Source: a virus (Duplodnaviria; Caudoviricetes). Taken from it: DNA of 53,898 nt. The DNA is taken from positions 1 through 53,898 of the IMG/VR virus record IMGVR_UViG_3300012663_001055. One strand, written 5' to 3'. Below, piece by piece: positions 25,554-36,569 of the stretch. The translations under genes were made by a program, and so were the position numbers. The first letter of the stretch is position 1. The number at the start of each line of letters is the position of its first letter. The notes under the pieces were generated by a model. That model did not search any database, was not told the DNA's origin, and saw nothing but the letters and a program-made list of their open reading frames with translations.

Positions 25554-28500
25554 TTATTTGTACAGGCTAGTCCAACATTTCTTGGCGAATCTAGTTGTGA
25601 CCAATGCACCAACTGTCATCCACACTGCAATCCAAGCGACAGAGTTTGGTATAGATAGTGGGTTGAACTTCTTACCCATCACCATGTTTGTACCATTTGT
25701 CCATGCCCAATTCGCATAAGCACTAAACCACTTACTACGTAGTGCAGGCACCAACAACTTAGAACCAATAACTTGGTAACCACGGCGGAAGCATTCACCC
25801 AACATCTTGTTGTGTAGATACTTTTCACACCATGCAATCAAGGTATCTTTTTGTTCTTGTTGCCATAGACCTTTGTCTGTGAGTGCAGTTGCAATCACAC
25901 AACATCCACCGCCACCACCTGATGCAGTAACTGAGGTGACGTTTGTAACAAAACCTGCCTGTGTTTGAATAGTTGTCTGTGTATTCTTTGCAGTAGAAAT
26001 AGATGCAGAGTAATCAATTTGTTGTGAACGAGTTGACAAACCTTGTGCATAGAATGATGCCTCAGCAAAAGTATTTTCTGTACCTGTTGAGTATCTAAAT
26101 TCATTTTCAGTTTGATTAATGATTCTGTCATCAAGTCTGAACACACGTTCACCAGAGTGGAAGTAACCACCTGGTAATGTGAACACACCAGAAATGGAAC
26201 CAACTTCATTGGTTACCAATGAACCAATTGAGTAACCATCTCCTGCCAAGTATGTAATACTTCTATCCAATGTCACTGTCTTGGTATTTGTATTGTATCC
26301 GGTAACAGTTGCTTTGTAACCCTTAGGTATAGATGCAACACCTGTTGGTGAACCAGTTACAATCTTAAACTCTTGACCAGTATAGATATCAGTTGAAGAT
26401 GCCAGTGCAGACAATGTAACGTTTGCAGTTGTTGTACCATTCGTTGCAATCTTACCAGACCAATGTGTCTGTGACGCCATTGTACCTTGTGCAGTACTTG
26501 TTTGATATACACCACTTGTGTTAAAGAATGAGTTAACAATCGTGCCAGTAGAGGTGTAGTTGGTTGTATCAAGGTCACCAATCACATACAAACGAACGTT
26601 GCCGTTAGGATATGTGTAAACGTCAGACAAATAACCTGCATAACGGAACACAGAACTAGAAACATAACCAATGGTGTCACCTCTTGTGAACTTACCTGTA
26701 CCGGATACGTTAGTCAATTCAATGATGTTTGGTTTTCTAATCAAACGAGACACACGTTTGCCATCAAAGAAAGCATTCACCGCTGTCTTGAACAACATAC
26801 CGTCCGCTTGGAACATAATGTATTGACCACGGATGTAAGGCAGAATACTTACGTTAGTCAAGTAGTTACCAACTTGGTTGTAAGATTGTGACCAGTAACC
26901 GTATGTGTATTGGTTTTCTTTTGTGACTGTGGTTGTTGTGGTTGTTGTACGACCGTCAACAACAGCAGTATCTTTTTGTGTACCTGGAATAGTCTTCCAG
27001 TCACCAACTGCCAGTGTTGGGTTACCTTCCAACAAGTTCAGTGAACTGGATGGGTTGTATACTTTCAAGTTAGGGTCAACGAACAACAAATCTGGTTCAG
27101 CAGTGTTGTCAACCCAATTGTCCATTGGTGGAGTTAATGTGATGTTACCAGTTGATTTAACAACTGAGAATGGATTAGCATTGAGTACTCTACTTGCCAA
27201 TGGTTGTGCAACCAATTGAACTTCTTCATATGGTAGTGTGTATAGTGCAGAAGAACCTGTAAACTTAGGGTAATAATTTAAGTTGTTTAGTGTTGTCTGA
27301 GAAAGATTCTTAGCACTCAACAAGTTCAAGTTCTTCAATGAGTAGTTCTTAACCAACAATGCAGGTGTCAAGTACTGCAAACGAGTATTGATAGCAGCAG
27401 AGAAGTCTTTATTGGTTGTATCACCAACGGAGAAGGTTGAGAAGTCATCAACCATAATACCGTTTTTAAATCTATTCAGACCATTGTTGTCTGGAATTTG
27501 TAGACTTGCGGCATTCTGTTCAATCAAACTCAATGAGGTGTAGTATTCAAGATTGTTAACACGTGTTTGAAGGTCAGTAATGTCACTGAACGCCCAACGT
27601 TTGTGTAGAACTGGTTGAATAAAGATGTTGGATGGTTGACCAACTGTTTCACCTGGTAAATTTGCAGTGTATGGATCCAATGTAATATTGGCCAACAACA
27701 ATGCGGATGATGGTGTGACAGGTGCTACTGGTTTGGCTGAAGGTTGACCTGTAACAATCTTGATAGATTTATCTTTGTCAATAACAAGAATGTCTTTTCT
27801 ACCAAGGTAGTATGTGTAGTCACAAACAAAAGTGGACAAGTCAACTGGTATCAATGCACCAGAGAAGTTTGTTGTTGTTGGTGTTGTTCTGTACTTATAT
27901 GTAAATTCAGTCTGAGCATTCAATACAACAGGTCTAAAATCCAAACAGTCTTTCAAACTATATGTCGTGCCTTTTTTGGCCTTGTATGTTGGTCTATCTG
28001 TGAAAGTACTGCCTGCATACGATTGTGCAGAAAAATAACCATCACCACCTGAGTGTGAATAGAAGTCAAACAGAATCAGAATGTTGGTTGGTTTTGAGTA
28101 ACCAGGTTTCAATGTGATGTATGAATGACCGTAGTAACTATCTGTTTGTCCATCATTGAATTCATAACGGTCAGTTACATCATATGAGTTGTCGACCAAC
28201 ATGTTATTTGTTGGTAAAGAGCCTTTACAGTCAATGATTTTTCTAATTCTACGAACGTCAGAAACATACAATGATTGTTTTGAACCGTATTGTGCAACAT
28301 AACTTTGAGTAACATACAATTGACCGTTGTTTAGGTCAAGATAGTTACCAAAGTTAATGATGCCATCAGGTCCAGTGTAGTTTACATAGTTTGTATTAGC
28401 AGTAATTAATGTTTTGGTTTTTAACACATAGTTGGTGTCGTTACCATTTGTAACACTAACCTTGGCATAAATTGTTGCAGTGAATGGTGATAAATCTAAT

Positions 28501-30587
28501 GCAGTAAATATTACGGAATTTTTTGATGCATCAACAGCAACACTTCTGTTAGCAACGGAGAATGATATCACATCACCAACGTTGATAGATGAGTTGATAC
28601 CCTTATCAGTAACAACAACCATCCAGTTTTGTTTCAACGCATCGGCAGTTTCAGTTGAACCTGTTCTGAGGAAGTCAAAAGAACCTGTTGCGGAAATGTC
28701 CAATGACAATGTACGTTGTGAACCAGTTGAGTACAAACCAAATGTTTGACCTCTAAATTCTTGTGTGGTTGTGTATGAAGAATCACTGATTGAGTTTGCA
28801 TAAGGAATACCTAATGGCAAAATCAATTCTGGTGTTGTCTGATTGAACAACACTGTGTCGCCAGTAATCAATTGGTCGGTTTTACCAACGTTATTGATTG
28901 CAGCACTACCGTAGATAGTGAATGCTGAGTTTGAAAAGTATGTTAATGCTTCAACGTCTTTGGTACCAAATCTCAGAGAGAATGTGTCTGCTGCTGATGG
29001 TGTCAATGCAAAAGGCACATCAACTTTAGCAGTCTTTGTTGAACCATTATAGTCCACAATCTTTCTGGTGTCACCAAGGTCTGAACCCGAATCAATAGTC
29101 ACAGTCACACCAAGGTATGCATTAGCAACTGAACTGAATTTACCATTTGTATCGGTGAAACTAATGTGAGTTGCGTTCGCAGAAGCAATTGAACCACTTA
29201 GAACTTTGTTTGCAACATCATACACATAGGCTTTATATACCCATGTTCTGGTATTAGAATCACTTGTGCTTGATGTGTACACTAAGTTTCTAATGTAACC
29301 AGTACCAGCCAAAGTGGAATTGTACACAGTGGTGTTGGATGTTTTAAGGTTCTCAACTCGTACAGTATGCAAGTCAACTGGTGTTGATGTTGTTGGTCCA
29401 AAGAATGAACCGTTGGCACCTTTAACAGTGTCAACTAAGAAATATGAACCGTAGTCCACAAAACTTGTATTATTTTGTACAGTTTCTGTTGTTCTAGAAC
29501 GGTCTGAATCCAAACGTACAGTAGATTGGTTCTCTACTCTGTAACCTTGCACGTATGCTTTACCTGGACCAACAGTAAGAATATATTTGTCGCCGTTGAT
29601 GGTGTTGGCTGATGGTGTTAACTTGAAGTCTTGTACAATGTAGTCACCACTGGTTTCATAGGTTCTTTTTGCAAAGTAATCATCAATAGATGAGTACACA
29701 GAACCATCAACTTGTTTAGATACTGCACCATCTTCAATGCGAACCAACTCAATAAACTGGTCATCGTTACCAATATCTAATGGCAAAGCAGTTAATTGTA
29801 GTTCAATGTAGTAACGGTCTGCACCAGGAGCCTGATAGTTGGATGCACCAACTGCTGGGTCAAGCAATGTCTTGTCACCAATGGCATCAACCACGGTTTC
29901 GGTAATAAACAAACCAACACGATATGATGGTGTGCTACTATATTTGTTTAGAATGATTGTCTGTGGCAATACGGATACAAAATTGCCAACCGAATACTTT
30001 GTGTATGTGCCATCTGTATTCTGTACACTAGATTGAGAATAACCATTCACAACATAGAACACACCTTCAGCAATAGAAGCTGTGGAAGATTTACCTGTAC
30101 ATGTGGTACCGCCTGCAACACCAACTGTTGTTGCGTTCAAAGAAGAACCATCAACTGGATAAAGGTGCATCGCATCGGTGAATCTGTCACCAGAAAGGTA
30201 AGAAACAATCAATGTTGGTGGGTCACCAGCTGCAACGTCTGTACCAGTTGCTTCTGCTGTTGCAATAACCTTGGCAGTAATTGCACCTGTATCATCCGAA
30301 ATAATCTTGTTTAGAAAATCTGCAGCTGCAATATTCTTATTGTTGTACTGTCTATTTAATTTGATGTAGTAACAATTGAAATTGGATGTAACCTTACCGC
30401 CAGAGACAGGAGTATTCTGTGTGAAGATGTGGTTTGCAAACTTGGAAATTTGATCCTGAATGATGGTCTGAGACTGTGTTAGTTCTCTCGCCTGCACCGC
30501 ATAACCTGGTTTGAACAGTATGCGGTGGAAATTTTTCGATGGGTCAAAGTCATCGTAGTATGGTTCAACGTTAAAATTCAGAGCCAT
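25554..30587 (-). CDS. N-terminal part of a DUF4815/VrlC-like large structural protein, with a foreign C-terminal domain
   Basis: FNVEPYYDDFD..K.FHRILFKPG.AVQARELTQ.Q, NY.APGADR, AKRTYETSGDY, GKAYVQGY, RVNNLEYYTSLSL, RFKNG..VDDF; ends GGGGGCCVIATAL plus ~110 aa. Confidence 0.88.
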   Translation of the reverse strand: MALNFNVEPYYDDFDPSKNFHRILFKPGYAVQARELTQSQTIIQDQISKFANHIFTQNTPVSGGKVTSNFNCYYIKLNRQYNNKNIAAADFLNKIISDDTGAITAKVIATAEATGTDVAAGDPPTLIVSYLSGDRFTDAMHLYPVDGSSLNATTVGVAGGTTCTGKSSTASIAEGVFYVVNGYSQSSVQNTDGTYTKYSVGNFVSVLPQTIILNKYSSTPSYRVGLFITETVVDAIGDKTLLDPAVGASNYQAPGADRYYIELQLTALPLDIGNDDQFIELVRIEDGAVSKQVDGSVYSSIDDYFAKRTYETSGDYIVQDFKLTPSANTINGDKYILTVGPGKAYVQGYRVENQSTVRLDSDRSRTTETVQNNTSFVDYGSYFLVDTVKGANGSFFGPTTSTPVDLHTVRVENLKTSNTTVYNSTLAGTGYIRNLVYTSSTSDSNTRTWVYKAYVYDVANKVLSGSIASANATHISFTDTNGKFSSVANAYLGVTVTIDSGSDLGDTRKIVDYNGSTKTAKVDVPFALTPSAADTFSLRFGTKDVEALTYFSNSAFTIYGSAAINNVGKTDQLITGDTVLFNQTTPELILPLGIPYANSISDSSYTTTQEFRGQTFGLYSTGSQRTLSLDISATGSFDFLRTGSTETADALKQNWMVVVTDKGINSSINVGDVISFSVANRSVAVDASKNSVIFTALDLSPFTATIYAKVSVTNGNDTNYVLKTKTLITANTNYVNYTGPDGIINFGNYLDLNNGQLYVTQSYVAQYGSKQSLYVSDVRRIRKIIDCKGSLPTNNMLVDNSYDVTDRYEFNDGQTDSYYGHSYITLKPGYSKPTNILILFDFYSHSGGDGYFSAQSYAGSTFTDRPTYKAKKGTTYSLKDCLDFRPVVLNAQTEFTYKYRTTPTTTNFSGALIPVDLSTFVCDYTYYLGRKDILVIDKDKSIKIVTGQPSAKPVAPVTPSSALLLANITLDPYTANLPGETVGQPSNIFIQPVLHKRWAFSDITDLQTRVNNLEYYTSLSLIEQNAASLQIPDNNGLNRFKNGIMVDDFSTFSVGDTTNKDFSAAINTRLQYLTPALLVKNYSLKNLNLLSAKNLSQTTLNNLNYYPKFTGSSALYTLPYEEVQLVAQPLASRVLNANPFSVVKSTGNITLTPPMDNWVDNTAEPDLLFVDPNLKVYNPSSSLNLLEGNPTLAVGDWKTIPGTQKDTAVVDGRTTTTTTTVTKENQYTYGYWSQSYNQVGNYLTNVSILPYIRGQYIMFQADGMLFKTAVNAFFDGKRVSRLIRKPNIIELTNVSGTGKFTRGDTIGYVSSSVFRYAGYLSDVYTYPNGNVRLYVIGDLDTTNYTSTGTIVNSFFNTSGVYQTSTAQGTMASQTHWSGKIATNGTTTANVTLSALASSTDIYTGQEFKIVTGSPTGVASIPKGYKATVTGYNTNTKTVTLDRSITYLAGDGYSIGSLVTNEVGSISGVFTLPGGYFHSGERVFRLDDRIINQTENEFRYSTGTENTFAEASFYAQGLSTRSQQIDYSASISTAKNTQTTIQTQAGFVTNVTSVTASGGGGGCCVIATALTDKGLWQQEQKDTLIAWCEKYLHNKMLGECFRRGYQVIGSKLLVPALRSKWFSAYANWAWTNGTNMVMGKKFNPLSIPNSVAWIAVWMTVGALVTTRFAKKCWTSLYK

Positions 30588-30596
30588 TTTTTTCCT

Positions 30597-31991
30597 TTAA
30601 TAACCTATTACAATTTTGAACTGTTCAATGCCGTCTGCACTTCTAGTAATTGTGCTTCTATTTTCTATATATGTTAGATATCCAGAAGGTAAAACTATGT
30701 CAGGTTCTGTAACAGTTAGTAGTGTTCTTGTTGTTCTTGAAACTGCGGCATACAATGGTGCGTTCACCGAATAAGTGCCTGTTTTATTTATGACTCTCAG
30801 CACGTTGGATCCTGTGTCGTGTGACAAAGCAGTTGCGACAAATGTTGCTGTCTCTAATGAACCACCTTGAAATACAGTTTCGCCAGAGATGTATGTACCA
30901 TAACCAGCAGCAATTAAAAGTTCTGTTGAGGCTTTGTATACGGTATTATTTGCAGGCAATGGACTCAGTGACTTGGAAACGGGGTTGATTACGATACCAA
31001 CTTGGTGATAATCAATGTCTATTGGTACCAAACCACTTTCTGAACCATCAAACTCCACGTTGTACATAACATGTGAACATCCTAGTTCGGATACGTTATC
31101 GAATCCGTGGCCGCCAATTGGGGAGACGGGTGCGATTGCATGAGCACCAAAACCAATTGCGGATGAAATGATTACGTTTGCCCAATTGTAATCTTTACCG
31201 GCATCCGTCACAATAATGTCGGTGATTTCACCATTGGGTGCAACTGTTGCATATCCTGCCGCTGTTGTTCCTGGTACACCGTTTGCAGCAGTACCATCAC
31301 CAACAATACGTACAGAGATGGCCGCATTGGATAAGTCATACAAATAACCATGTTCTACTACGTTGATAACGTCAATGTTACCTACACCTGACTTAGATAC
31401 CAATGGATTCACCAAGTTTGGATCGACCGGCACTGGCATCCAAGAATCGTCCATGAATTTTACTTTGGAGAATGTATCAATGGTGTATAGATATTTCCAT
31501 TTGTAACCATCTGAACCATTGAACACCAAATTGGAACCAAAACTGCCTGGTTCCAAGAACGGTTCGTAGTTAGAACGTTCTTCGTTATTGTTCCATACAC
31601 ATTTAAAAACCTGGTCGTATCGGTTCTTGACGTAGAATTTGTTTAATAAGAAACCATTATCATCTTTAGCTAACATATCTTCTGTGTCGTTATAGAAAGA
31701 GTAGACCGTATTTGCAGTCCAGTCAATACGTTCTGCAACAGGAGAAATATCTGCCGTTGTAATGTGCTTAGCTGCAATGGCATTCTTAAAGAACAATCTT
31801 TCTTCTAATGTGGATTGTGAAATCTCTGGAAGATTGTCGTTATCTGGCCAAGGATTAACCTTTGCGATAACAAAATAAGAGGTTGCTAAGTTCACACCAT
31901 AGTTTGGTGGAATAACCGCAGACGGTGCATAGTAGTTCAACAACGAAGCGTTAACTTTTGCGTTGTGTGTTAATAATGTTTTCTTTGCCAT
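30597..31991 (-). CDS. gp8: Baseplate wedge subunit, T4 gp8-like
   Basis: RIDW, FYV....QVFKCVWNN, DGYKWKYLYTI, SPIGGHG.D...ELG, YIENR..ITR..D..E..KIVI. Confidence 0.9.
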   Translation of the reverse strand: MAKKTLLTHNAKVNASLLNYYAPSAVIPPNYGVNLATSYFVIAKVNPWPDNDNLPEISQSTLEERLFFKNAIAAKHITTADISPVAERIDWTANTVYSFYNDTEDMLAKDDNGFLLNKFYVKNRYDQVFKCVWNNNEERSNYEPFLEPGSFGSNLVFNGSDGYKWKYLYTIDTFSKVKFMDDSWMPVPVDPNLVNPLVSKSGVGNIDVINVVEHGYLYDLSNAAISVRIVGDGTAANGVPGTTAAGYATVAPNGEITDIIVTDAGKDYNWANVIISSAIGFGAHAIAPVSPIGGHGFDNVSELGCSHVMYNVEFDGSESGLVPIDIDYHQVGIVINPVSKSLSPLPANNTVYKASTELLIAAGYGTYISGETVFQGGSLETATFVATALSHDTGSNVLRVINKTGTYSVNAPLYAAVSRTTRTLLTVTEPDIVLPSGYLTYIENRSTITRSADGIEQFKIVIGY

Positions 31992-32004
31992 AGTCTTCTA
32001 TTTA

Positions 32005-33747
32005 TTAAACGTTTACAACGGAAACGAAAGTGTTTGCTAAGTCACCATCAAGACTAAAATATTTTAGATGAGCACACGAAGTTGCTTGCAATACAAATGA
32101 CACTGCGTTCTTTGTTGAGTTTGTTGCAAAACAACCATGTGTAATTGTTCTATTGAATGCTCCTGCATTTATTAACCACACCTCAACAACTTTACCTGGA
32201 ACATAGTTGGATAATGTTATAGACATATCATTTATTAAGTTCGCTTTAACCATCGAATCATTTGCAAAATCTACTGCAAGGGTTGTTTGATTGCCCGCAA
32301 GAATTCTTGGTGTATAAATGAAACCTTTTTCTGGTTTGACCACACCAAGAAAGTCAGCAGAGTCACCATTCAAAGTGAGAATGTTTGTCAGTGTGTTTGA
32401 ACCAATTGCACAGTTCCAGAATTTGATTTGTGAACCTGTGTTTGCATCTGTGTAATTTTCAGTAGCAACAAAGTCGATACGGCTTGTACCAAATGTTGCA
32501 AATTTTGTTGTGCCATATCCGTTGCCAGAAAATCTTGCAATTATATCACCTGATTGTAATCCTGATGGACTTGTTACTGTTCCTCTTGCTGTTCGACTTG
32601 CAAACAATCCATACGCATTGGTTCCGTATGAGTCATTGACAATGCGAGAAGGAATATCTGGTTTGCCAGAAATATGAATCATGTAACCATCATTTGATGG
32701 TATAGCCACTGTCGGTGTTGCAGAAATAGTTAATCCAGATTCTGTGGCCGCAAAGCTTGTATTGGCCAAGAAAACTATACCATTAACTCTCAGGTCATCA
32801 TCAAGAGTTACTGGACTTGATATGCGAGTTTTGTCACCAGGATTTGTGGCCAAAATGTGTACACTGCCTGATACGGTCAAGTCACCACCAAAAATTGCAC
32901 CTGATGTATTTGCAAGTGCATTGTTTGCTCTATTAAAAGCACCTTGGGCCAAGTTGTTTGCAGCAACTACGAAACCAAATGTACCTTGAATGTTTGTTGC
33001 GTTTGTATTTGACTGTGCAAAACCTGCATTAGCATATGCCATGGTTGCATTAGCAAATGCATAACCACTGACCGCATAATTGTTTGTGGCATTCGCCTGT
33101 GCATATGCAGATTCAGCATAAGAACCTACCGCATTGGCCTTGGCAAACGCAGAGTTGGAATAATTTCCACTCTTAATGGCTGTGCCATCGGGGAAAGTGA
33201 TGTAACCACCAGCAATCAGTGCGATACCCTTCTTGGTAATGTAACCAATGATGTTGCCTGCCTCTGTACCACCAATCGTCAACACAATATTTGCACCAGC
33301 AGATGCAGTACCGATGACTAGGTTACCTGTGTTGCTTGTGTGAGATGGTCCATGTACATAAAGATAACCATCGTATGGACGCATAGAATTAAATGCAGCC
33401 TCATAGTAATCTTTACCATTGATACCCATGTCAATGTAACTATTTGCACCATTACTATCACTAGCTGATGCAACAAAGTCGGATGAACCACCTGAATTGA
33501 AGTTTTGTAAGTTAACTTGTAGGTATGGTGAACTGTTGCCTGCAAATTGACCAATCACATTGTCGTAAACAACTGGATTACCACCAACATTTAGTACGTT
33601 GTTGGCATACAGATACCTTGCAAGTGTGGTGCCAGTTATTTTACCTGTTATGGAATTGGCCAAGTCCACACCCACAAATACCGTAGCACTTGTGTTTGCA
33701 CCAAGGTTTGGAATTTCATTCAGTTGTGATATTTTTATCGTTGACAT
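32005..33747 (-). CDS. Baseplate-associated fibre-like protein (580 aa)
   Basis: N-terminal KISQL motif, beta-rich body and a central Ala/Asn coiled-coil repeat shared with the 1566-aa fibre. Confidence 0.65.
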   Translation of the reverse strand: MSTIKISQLNEIPNLGANTSATVFVGVDLANSITGKITGTTLARYLYANNVLNVGGNPVVYDNVIGQFAGNSSPYLQVNLQNFNSGGSSDFVASASDSNGANSYIDMGINGKDYYEAAFNSMRPYDGYLYVHGPSHTSNTGNLVIGTASAGANIVLTIGGTEAGNIIGYITKKGIALIAGGYITFPDGTAIKSGNYSNSAFAKANAVGSYAESAYAQANATNNYAVSGYAFANATMAYANAGFAQSNTNATNIQGTFGFVVAANNLAQGAFNRANNALANTSGAIFGGDLTVSGSVHILATNPGDKTRISSPVTLDDDLRVNGIVFLANTSFAATESGLTISATPTVAIPSNDGYMIHISGKPDIPSRIVNDSYGTNAYGLFASRTARGTVTSPSGLQSGDIIARFSGNGYGTTKFATFGTSRIDFVATENYTDANTGSQIKFWNCAIGSNTLTNILTLNGDSADFLGVVKPEKGFIYTPRILAGNQTTLAVDFANDSMVKANLINDMSITLSNYVPGKVVEVWLINAGAFNRTITHGCFATNSTKNAVSFVLQATSCAHLKYFSLDGDLANTFVSVVNV

Positions 33748-33756
33748 TTATTACCC

Positions 33757-36567
33757 TTACAATACGATTATTAGGTCGTCTTCTGTTGTTATTGTTCTAT
33801 CTTCCTGGTCAGTTACCAATACTGCAATGTGTTGATAGTCAATTTCGTTATACACATGCACATCTGTTGTATTAATATTTCTTCTTACAGAGATGGTTGA
33901 ATTGGCATTTGCACTCAATGTACCATTGATTGTTATTGTGCCAGTACTATAATTTATACCGCTAACCGACTTCTCGGTGTTGTTTGCAACCAAAACATAG
34001 TCTCCAACATATACAATATCTTTTAGTGGGTATGCAGTGTTACTATACGCACCGTTGTTGAATATGTTGTAGGTGTTTGTTAGTGATGTTATATTTATGA
34101 CGTTCGACCCAGCATTTGCGGTGACGTATGCTACGTTTGCAAAAGTTAGATATACATTGTCACGTAATGTTACTGTGTTGGCAGAGTTGTCGATTGCAAT
34201 AATTGTGGAACGAATCTGTGGTGCGACTGCTGGACCAACTCGTAATATAGAAGTGTTCGCCACCATTATACTTGTCAAATTACCACCGGCCATATTGGTA
34301 ATTGTAACCTTATTTGTACTCGGTTGTGTGAAACTTGTCACCACATTGGCGCCAGATGCATTATATCCTGTCAAGTATTGTAGTGGTTTACCTCCTAAGA
34401 AACCAGAGGTACTACGCATAACATAATCAGTATTAGAATTCAAACGATACTTACCAATTGCCTGCAAACCAATTGGGTGCAACAAGTTCAATAAGATTTC
34501 TCTGTACTTAGAGATTTCTTTTTCAACTGTTAAGATGTATGTGAAGTTGTTATAGTCTTGGCTTTGCAGCACACTATATGAACTAGGGTGTCCGTTTTTA
34601 TCCAAGTATTGGCCTTCACCAACAATCAAACCATTTAAGAACTGTGCGGTTGCCTTGGCAGTTCCGTCACCAAAGTTTCTTAGACCAGGTGCAGTACTAT
34701 AAACAGTTTCATAACCTGCTGGTGTTCCAGTCATGGTCATTTGAATTAAGGTGTTTGCCTTTGTGTATTTTAATTTCTTTTCTGGTACTGGATTTCCATC
34801 ATAATTAAATACTCTCAAATTATATTGTGAAAGACTTTGGTCACCATTACGTACCAATAAACTAATAGAATCTACAACTGATTTGTATGTTGCTGTTGCA
34901 AAAGTATCACCTTGCCAAAGTATATCATCTCTTTTTGGTAACAATGAAACGTTTACGTTAGCAACAACAATGTCTTGCACACTCAACGAAACTTGTGGAC
35001 GTGATTCATAATCTTCACCTGCGGTGTTAACAAGAATATTATTAATAGAACCCACACGGTCCACAATCACAGAGAACGTTGCACCCTCACCTAATATTCC
35101 AGGTACCTTAATTACTGCGTTCGCTGCAGCAGGATTTGTCGATGAGATTGTTACTTGTGGTACAGAGTCACCTTTGTAACCCATTCCACCTCTGGAATAT
35201 AAATTATTGCGTTGTATATATTCAACGTTTAAAATTTGGCCAGATATGCCGACTTGGGTGATGTTTGCATACACACCACGACCTGTACCGCCGGTGAAAA
35301 TGATTGTGTCATTGACTGTGTATCCTGTACCAGCATTTTCAATTACCATTGGTGCCAAAATACCTAGAGCTCTAATGTCTGAGTAACCAAATGTGTCTGT
35401 GACATACAATGAGTTGGCAGAAACTTGTGGAATTAAAGAAATACCACCGCCGCCATTTGTTACACTGATAGATGACAATGGATACAAAGAAAAGGACAAA
35501 AATGACAATGCATTTGCCAACGTGGTATTGGTATTTGATACTGCAATATTACTAAAATTATAATTTGCAGCACCGAGTTGTACGTTTACTTTTGGTCCAA
35601 TTGTATCAGATGGAATAAATGATACGTTTGCTGTCTTGGATTGGTCTGGATCAATGTCTACGACCTCGGCAGTCGCACCTGCTGCATTGGTTATACCAAT
35701 TCGTGTGAGTGTATTAGCTGAACCATAACCATAACCATAACCACCTTTAACAACATTGATACGTTGTACTTGTCCTTTGGTAGTAGTTTCAACCGAGGCA
35801 GTTGCGCCAATTGGGTTTGCAATGTTGGCATTAAGACCACCATAAACAATTACGGGGTCACCAGGTTGGTACAATAGACCTCTGTTGCCAGCGTCAACAT
35901 CAATCTTACTAATCGCACCTACAATCTTTGCTCGTAATGGTTGTCCTTGAACCAAAACGGTTTGATTTAAGTTGTCTACGATAGTTACGTATTCACCAGA
36001 ATTAAACAGACGTTCGATATTAGAAATGAACACCTCAATTTTATCACCCGTTAATATTGAGTTTTCAATTGTGGCAATAGATTTAGTTGTTTCACCTAAA
36101 ATTCTATAATTTTTAATGCTCAACCATCTAGTGTCATTTGTGGATAGTTTTAAACTTCTTGGTACAAACCAATTACCACCAGAGGCCTTGAATACAGCCT
36201 CTTTGGTGTAAAATATATCTACGTTTGAGTTGTATAGAATACGGAACAAAAACTTATAAGATGCGGGTGTGCCTTTACTATTGTAAATCTGGCGTGCAAC
36301 TTTGATAGCCTCATTTCTACTGATGAGAGAACCCTCAGGGAAATAAGGCATGAAATCGTCCGTAAAGTAACGTAAGAATTCATCCGTTGTTTGGTCAATA
36401 TCTTTGTAACTTAAAAGGTTCTTTGCTCTGTCTGTTACATTGCCTTCTTGTTCTAACCATTCGTAATATGCTTCTAAGAACAGAACAAAGTTGGCATAGT
36501 CTGGATTATCCCTAACAAAACCAGGGAGCTGAGACTTAATTAAAACTGAGGTCTTGTGGTCTATCAT
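33757..36567 (-). CDS. gp7: Baseplate wedge initiator, gp7-like
   Basis: SQLPGFVRD..Y..FV.FLEAYYEWLE, YNSKGT..SYKFLFRILYN, LLHPIG; between gp6 and gp8. Confidence 0.8.
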   Translation of the reverse strand: MIDHKTSVLIKSQLPGFVRDNPDYANFVLFLEAYYEWLEQEGNVTDRAKNLLSYKDIDQTTDEFLRYFTDDFMPYFPEGSLISRNEAIKVARQIYNSKGTPASYKFLFRILYNSNVDIFYTKEAVFKASGGNWFVPRSLKLSTNDTRWLSIKNYRILGETTKSIATIENSILTGDKIEVFISNIERLFNSGEYVTIVDNLNQTVLVQGQPLRAKIVGAISKIDVDAGNRGLLYQPGDPVIVYGGLNANIANPIGATASVETTTKGQVQRINVVKGGYGYGYGSANTLTRIGITNAAGATAEVVDIDPDQSKTANVSFIPSDTIGPKVNVQLGAANYNFSNIAVSNTNTTLANALSFLSFSLYPLSSISVTNGGGGISLIPQVSANSLYVTDTFGYSDIRALGILAPMVIENAGTGYTVNDTIIFTGGTGRGVYANITQVGISGQILNVEYIQRNNLYSRGGMGYKGDSVPQVTISSTNPAAANAVIKVPGILGEGATFSVIVDRVGSINNILVNTAGEDYESRPQVSLSVQDIVVANVNVSLLPKRDDILWQGDTFATATYKSVVDSISLLVRNGDQSLSQYNLRVFNYDGNPVPEKKLKYTKANTLIQMTMTGTPAGYETVYSTAPGLRNFGDGTAKATAQFLNGLIVGEGQYLDKNGHPSSYSVLQSQDYNNFTYILTVEKEISKYREILLNLLHPIGLQAIGKYRLNSNTDYVMRSTSGFLGGKPLQYLTGYNASGANVVTSFTQPSTNKVTITNMAGGNLTSIMVANTSILRVGPAVAPQIRSTIIAIDNSANTVTLRDNVYLTFANVAYVTANAGSNVINITSLTNTYNIFNNGAYSNTAYPLKDIVYVGDYVLVANNTEKSVSGINYSTGTITINGTLSANANSTISVRRNINTTDVHVYNEIDYQHIAVLVTDQEDRTITTEDDLIIVL

Positions 36568-36569
36568 TT

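Noticed and set aside
25553-25612. ORF-track start (GTG-type at 25612) for the 159-aa ORF
   Set aside because: It overlaps the upstream gene by about 60 nt; the ATG at 25552 directly after the upstream stop is more plausible
25124-25904. Classical intein or group I intron with a homing endonuclease in the DUF4815-like gene
   Set aside because: No C-terminal HN-(C/S/T) splice motif, and no LAGLIDADG, HNH or GIY-YIG motif; the insert contains stop codons and the downstream half has its own RBS. RNA splicing is not formally excluded
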